This document shows positions 35,358 to 39,434 of a stretch of DNA of 39,434 nt, one piece after another. Location: positions 1 to 39,434 of the IMG/VR virus record IMGVR_UViG_3300027874_000022. The stretch is one strand, 5' to 3'. This DNA is from a virus. Taxonomy: Duplodnaviria; Caudoviricetes. A model generated the notes under the pieces. It was not told where the DNA came from. It saw only the letters and a list, made by a program, of their open reading frames with translations, and did not search any database. The number at the start of each line of letters is the position of its first letter. Within the stretch, counting starts at the first letter, position 1. Made by a program: the position numbers and the translations under genes.

Positions 35358-36735
35358 AGCTAACCTCCGATTTGCTGCGGCGAGCATCGACCAGATCGAT
35401 CAGCTCATCCCGTACCTGCTGCATCACGCCACCCCAATCACCGGTCTTGCTTTGTCGAAATAGACGCAGCGATGGATACCACGGACTATCTGCTCGATCA
35501 TGCATCCATACCCAGTACGGATTCTTGCAGAGCACCACCCAGGCTGGGACACCGAGCGCGCCACACAGATGCGCCATCAGCGTGCATGAGGTGATGACCA
35601 AATCCATCTGCAGGATCGCAGTGGTAGTGACCAGGATGCCGCGATTGCCGAGCTGCGTGCCGAGATCGCACACGAGATCGCGCGCACCGAGGCGCTCAAT
35701 GTCCGCCTGTCCATGCCCGACCTGGAGGCTGTAGAGCCACACACGCGGGTGCTCGGCCAACGGCAGCATCAGCTCCAGTGGGATCGAACGCTCGCCGTTG
35801 CGCTCCTGCTCCGGGTTGCCGGTCCAGACGATGCCGACCTTGAAACCATTGGGATCGAATGGCGCTGGCACATCGGCCTTACCCATCCGCATCTGTTCTT
35901 CGGCCCGCAGACGTATCAAGCCGGGATCACTCCGTAGCCCATCGAGCGTGCAACGCGAATGCCATGGCAAACTGCCGATCACCACACTGTAATCGCATTC
36001 CGGGATCGGTGTACCCTCTGGCACATACTCGCACATGCCACCACGGAAGAAATTCCAGAACAGCACTGCGATCTCGTGCGAGCAGCACAGATAGACCTTG
36101 CCGGATTCACCGACCTGATACTTCAACCACGGCAGCCAGCGCGAGAACATCACAGTGTCGCCGAGACCTTGCTCGACACAAGCGAAAATACGCTTGCCCT
36201 TGATATCCTCGCCCTTCCAATACGGTGCCGGGAAATTCGGGTAGACCTTCTTGCCTTCCTGCTGGCGGAACGGGATGCGGGTCTCGTACTCTTCCCAGCC
36301 GCGCTCATAGTCGCCGAGCGCCAAACGCATCATCGAGCGGCACCACTTCGCGTTCAGATAATTCGGATTGGTCTCCATCGCCTTGGCAAAGCACTGCTCC
36401 GCCTCCTCGTAGCGACCAAGGTCGTCCAGGATCAGAGCCTTGACGTGGTGCGCCTCCTCGATTGCACCCATCGTCATCGAGCGATCAGCGCAGGCCAGCG
36501 CCTCCTCGTACTGCCGGGCTTTCCAGAACAGCGCCGCCATGTTGGCCCACAGCTCGCGTGAGTTCGGCTGCACGGCGATGGCACGCTTCATCTCCACGAT
36601 TGCGGTGACGATGTGCTGATACTTCGTGCCCCGCATGAGCGCGATCTTGTTCAGCTCCGTCACCGCCTCATGGACGGGCCGGAAGGTGTCAACTCGACGC
36701 TTGGTCGGAAGCTTGACGACCTTGGCCATGCTCAC
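35350..36735 (-). CDS. TPR-repeat + GT9-like (GT-B) glycosyltransferase
   Basis: N-terminal TPRs; GDYERGWEEYETR, W.GEDIKGKRI....EQGLGDTVMFSRW, KVGIVWTGNP, MDLVITSCT..AHLCGALGVP.W, SPWYPSLRLFRQ...GDW. Confidence 0.85.
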   Translation of the reverse strand: MSMAKVVKLPTKRRVDTFRPVHEAVTELNKIALMRGTKYQHIVTAIVEMKRAIAVQPNSRELWANMAALFWKARQYEEALACADRSMTMGAIEEAHHVKALILDDLGRYEEAEQCFAKAMETNPNYLNAKWCRSMMRLALGDYERGWEEYETRIPFRQQEGKKVYPNFPAPYWKGEDIKGKRIFACVEQGLGDTVMFSRWLPWLKYQVGESGKVYLCCSHEIAVLFWNFFRGGMCEYVPEGTPIPECDYSVVIGSLPWHSRCTLDGLRSDPGLIRLRAEEQMRMGKADVPAPFDPNGFKVGIVWTGNPEQERNGERSIPLELMLPLAEHPRVWLYSLQVGHGQADIERLGARDLVCDLGTQLGNRGILVTTTAILQMDLVITSCTLMAHLCGALGVPAWVVLCKNPYWVWMHDRADSPWYPSLRLFRQSKTGDWGGVMQQVRDELIDLVDARRSKSEVSYG

Positions 36736-37004
36736 CCCGCTGGCGGGGCAGGCGGTTGCTCGCCCTCTTTCGACATCGTCGCGAATTGCACGATGATGTC
36801 GGCATCCTGCTTGAATAGGTCCTTTGCTCCCGGCACATCGGGTCCCTTGAACCGCAGCATGATGCTGCCGTCCGAAAGGTCTTTGGACACGAGCTGAACC
36901 TCGAACACATCAACTGTGACATTCATCTCGACGCCATCGACGGTCGCAAGGGCAGGCGCAGTCGTCATGTGCGGATTCTGCGCGGTGTATTCTGCTTGAA
37001 TCAT
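36732..37004 (-). CDS. Hypothetical protein
   Basis: ATG 37004 with GAGG RBS; ATGA overlaps at both ends. Confidence 0.6.
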   Translation of the reverse strand: MIQAEYTAQNPHMTTAPALATVDGVEMNVTVDVFEVQLVSKDLSDGSIMLRFKGPDVPGAKDLFKQDADIIVQFATMSKEGEQPPAPPAG

Positions 37005-37342
37005 GTTCGCCTCACCTGATTCCTGATCGTGATCAGCTTGATAAAGGCCCACTTGATCGTGAGGATGCACTGCCACAGCCAACGAGGCATCGACGATGTC
37101 AGCTCACCAAGGTCTTTGTCACGCTTCCGATACGCCCCGCAGTTCGGGCAGATAGGGCCGACCGGATGATTGTTGCACGCAGGATTGGGATTAAAGCACC
37201 CAGGCCAACCGACCTGAGTATGAGTGTCGTTCTTGTAGACGCCTGGAGCCTGACAATTCCAACAGGCGTGGATGATCGTGCCCTCTAGCGTCTTGCGCGT
37301 GATGCCGAAGACGACATTGGCTTCCTGCGGTTTGCTCGTCAT
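37001..37342 (-). CDS. Zn-ribbon protein with a hydrophobic C-terminal segment
   Basis: CWNC...CPNC; WLWQCILTIKWAFIKLITI. Confidence 0.55.
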   Translation of the reverse strand: MTSKPQEANVVFGITRKTLEGTIIHACWNCQAPGVYKNDTHTQVGWPGCFNPNPACNNHPVGPICPNCGAYRKRDKDLGELTSSMPRWLWQCILTIKWAFIKLITIRNQVRRT

Positions 37343-37674
37343 GCGGCACTCGGCGTCAGCGCAAGATCGCTCTTCGGTCCAGAGAAGACCGCAACCACGT
37401 TGGGATGGAGCTCAATATTCCTCACGGTCTCACCCGGATGGATCATGACCTTGTCGCCGTAGAAGTCGTGCACCACTCGCGGGGCCTTCTGGTTCTTGCT
37501 GGTGATGTCGTACTTCGTGGGCCTCACCTTCTTGTTCTCTTCGGCCAATTGATAAAGCCGCTCTTCATCAGGTGTCCTCTCCTGCATCTGGCGATCAACG
37601 CCATCACGCGGAGCCGGAGGTGGACCTTTCACATCGTTGGTCCACTCCGGCTTCCCTGCCTTTGTTTCTGACAT
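37339..37674 (-). CDS. Small capsid-adjacent protein
   Basis: AGGAGAGG RBS before ATG 37674; first gene after the major capsid protein. Confidence 0.65.
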   Translation of the reverse strand: MSETKAGKPEWTNDVKGPPPAPRDGVDRQMQERTPDEERLYQLAEENKKVRPTKYDITSKNQKAPRVVHDFYGDKVMIHPGETVRNIELHPNVVAVFSGPKSDLALTPSAA

Positions 37675-37718
37675 GGTTCCTCTCCTTCGCACTCTAAAAA
37701 ACTCACTCGCGCAGCAGC

Positions 37719-38681
37719 TTATGGCGAGTTCACACCGGAGATGCCGTCAATATAGCGCACGGCACCCGGACGCCGCACCTCGACCGAGCCGACACGGAAG
37801 ATGCCGGGGATATCGAAGGCGAGCGCGCTGCGCTGATAGACCGGCAGGAAGCGATGCGGCATCGGGACATGAAGCTTGAGCACGCGCGGATCGCGGCGAT
37901 ACACGATCATGCGGCCACCACCGTCGCCACCAGCCGTGTCGAGGCCGAGCACACCGCGCAGCTTGAGCGGAGCGCCTGTGTTGAAGGTGTACAAATTGTA
38001 CTTGGCCAAATAGTCGAGCGCATTGCCGTAGGTGTTCGGAATGCGGATGTTGGCGAGGCGTTGCAACGCGCTGATCGGCAGCAACACAGTGTCCGCCATC
38101 TCGACCGTCAAGCTGCCGGTGTAGACGCCGGTGAGAGCATCTTGCACGTCGCCGATGATCTCGTCCGCGGTCTTCTTCGACCAGAGAGTTGATCCGGCTG
38201 CGCCGGTCTTCGCGGTGACCACGGTCACGTTCGGATTGTTGAACAGGCCGGTGACGCTCTTGCTCGCATCGCCACGATACGCGTGATTGTCCATGAACAT
38301 TTCGTACGCGAAGCGGGCTGCCTCGGCACGCTCGGCGGTGAGATTGAGACCAGGGATCATCATCGCCTGCCCCAACTCTTCGAGCGTGTAGGTGTAGCCA
38401 ATGCCCGCCATCTCGATTCCCTGCTCGAACTTGTTGCGGTTGATATCCGCATAGGGAATGTCGGTGGCGAGATGGTTGATCCAGTGTGCCTGACCAACCT
38501 TGTCCAGAGAGTAGTAGGTGACGCTCTTCGCCCACTCTCCTGCCGAATTGTCGATTGGCAGAAGCTGCGCGTAGATAATTTCGGGGTACTGAATCCGATA
38601 AACTTCGGACTCAATGTAAGCGGTTTGGCTGACGAGGAAGCCAAGCGCTTGCTGTGGGTTGTCATAGATGTCCAAACGCAT
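37719..38681 (-). CDS. Major capsid protein (DUF2184 / HK97 fold)
   Basis: FLVSQ..YIE..VY...YP, GYTYTLEEL, AYRGD.....GLFNNP, RMIVYRRDP..LKLH.PMP.RF, VEVRRP.AVRYIDGI. Confidence 0.9.
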   Translation of the reverse strand: MRLDIYDNPQQALGFLVSQTAYIESEVYRIQYPEIIYAQLLPIDNSAGEWAKSVTYYSLDKVGQAHWINHLATDIPYADINRNKFEQGIEMAGIGYTYTLEELGQAMMIPGLNLTAERAEAARFAYEMFMDNHAYRGDASKSVTGLFNNPNVTVVTAKTGAAGSTLWSKKTADEIIGDVQDALTGVYTGSLTVEMADTVLLPISALQRLANIRIPNTYGNALDYLAKYNLYTFNTGAPLKLRGVLGLDTAGGDGGGRMIVYRRDPRVLKLHVPMPHRFLPVYQRSALAFDIPGIFRVGSVEVRRPGAVRYIDGISGVNSP

Positions 38682-38721
38682 TGCGGTCTCCTATTGTTTG
38701 AGGCGCTGGCTTCGCTCCTGA

Positions 38722-39195
38722 TCAGACTGCCCGGTTGCCTGCGATCTGACCGAGCCGCAGCAACGCAAGCCCGCCAGATGCAGCTCCAGTCATCCAGCGC
38801 GCGCCTTCCACGGCGACCGCACCCGTGCCGAATTGGCCGGTGGCAGCGTCATAGTTAACGGCGGAGGTGATGGTGACGGCACCGCCGACGATCACCCAGA
38901 TGTCGCCCATCACAACGATGCCAGCGTTGTCGTACTGGGCATACTTGTCGAGCGTGAGCGTCTCGGAGCGTGGCAGAGTCTGATCGGCGCGCGTGACGCC
39001 GACGAAATCGTTGCCTGCAAGGATGCAGCCGCGGTCGGCAACTCCCTGACTGACGGCGAGGCCAAAGCCGATGCCAGCTGCGGTCTCGACGATGCGAGTA
39101 TCCGTAATGGCCTCGGTTTCCTGGCCGAGCATGCCGTTCTGCGCGATTGGCTGGTAGCGAGTGTAGGTGGTTTGAACCGGGGCTGGCTTAAGCAT
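38722..39195 (-). CDS. Capsid decoration/cement protein
   Basis: IGFGLAVSQG, FVGVT, Y..YD..GIV.MGDIWV, ARWMT; directly upstream of the capsid gene. Confidence 0.8.
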   Translation of the reverse strand: MLKPAPVQTTYTRYQPIAQNGMLGQETEAITDTRIVETAAGIGFGLAVSQGVADRGCILAGNDFVGVTRADQTLPRSETLTLDKYAQYDNAGIVVMGDIWVIVGGAVTITSAVNYDAATGQFGTGAVAVEGARWMTGAASGGLALLRLGQIAGNRAV

Positions 39196-39239
39196 GAGCC
39201 CATCTCCTTTCTAAAGGATGATCGATGTGGTGGAGCGCC

Positions 39240-39434
39240 TTATTGCTTCCAGGCACCCGTGATGTGCTTGACGTACTCGTTGTACGCCGCGTCCTTCATC
39301 TGCTTGGCTGATGGCTGATGATCACCGCCGCCCTGGCCAAGCAGGTTCAAGCTGTCGGCAAGCCGATCAGTGCCGTTGCGCGGCTTGACGTTGGCGATAA
39401 TCGCCTGGAACGCGCCAGCGATGGCCTCGTCCGT
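39240..39434 (-). CDS. C-terminus of a prohead protease/scaffold (DUF2213-like), partial
   Basis: Hand translation ends ...KDAAYNEYVKHITGAWKQ*; position before the decoration and capsid genes. Confidence 0.6.
   Translation of the reverse strand, partial: TDEAIAGAFQAIIANVKPRNGTDRLADSLNLLGQGGGDHQPSAKQMKDAAYNEYVKHITGAWKQ

Noticed and set aside
37719-38681. DUF2184 protein as an encapsulin nanocompartment
   Set aside because: Flanked by scaffold, decoration, head-tail and tail genes, so it is the phage capsid.
6200-39318. Many plus-strand ORFs of 60-250 aa opposite the structural genes (e.g. 11636-12307, 17465-18166, 22946-23704, 31618-32271)
   Set aside because: Antisense shadows typical of GC-rich coding DNA; no recognisable motifs and complete overlap with well-supported minus-strand genes.

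Overview
A 39.4-kb piece of a GC-rich tailed phage or prophage (siphovirus-like; an alphaproteobacterial host is inferred from a GapR-like gene, the promoter style and a TPR-GT9 gene). Bases 1-6070 hold a divergent promoter region, a leftward GapR-like gene, and a rightward early operon (RecE-like exonuclease, RecT-like annealase, about 11 small ORFs). Bases 6174-39434 are one long minus-strand virion operon: scaffold/protease end, decoration protein, DUF2184-type major capsid protein, a roughly 10-kb accessory fibre and modification module, head-tail and tail genes with a -1 frameshift chaperone, tape measure, tail tip and fibre genes, and finally a 1032-aa multi-domain glycosyltransferase/methyltransferase. 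Best candidates for something new: (1) an intergenic element between recE and recT, a perfect 13-bp inverted repeat whose 81-nt loop is filled with in-phase G-D-Y-N-N pentamers; (2) an apparent virion-glycosylation system embedded in the structural operon, whose largest enzyme carries an N-terminal module resembling the small protein encoded next to the capsid gene; (3) a 1409-aa protein made of about 62 twenty-residue beta-type repeats. All family calls come from reading motifs by eye; no database search was run.
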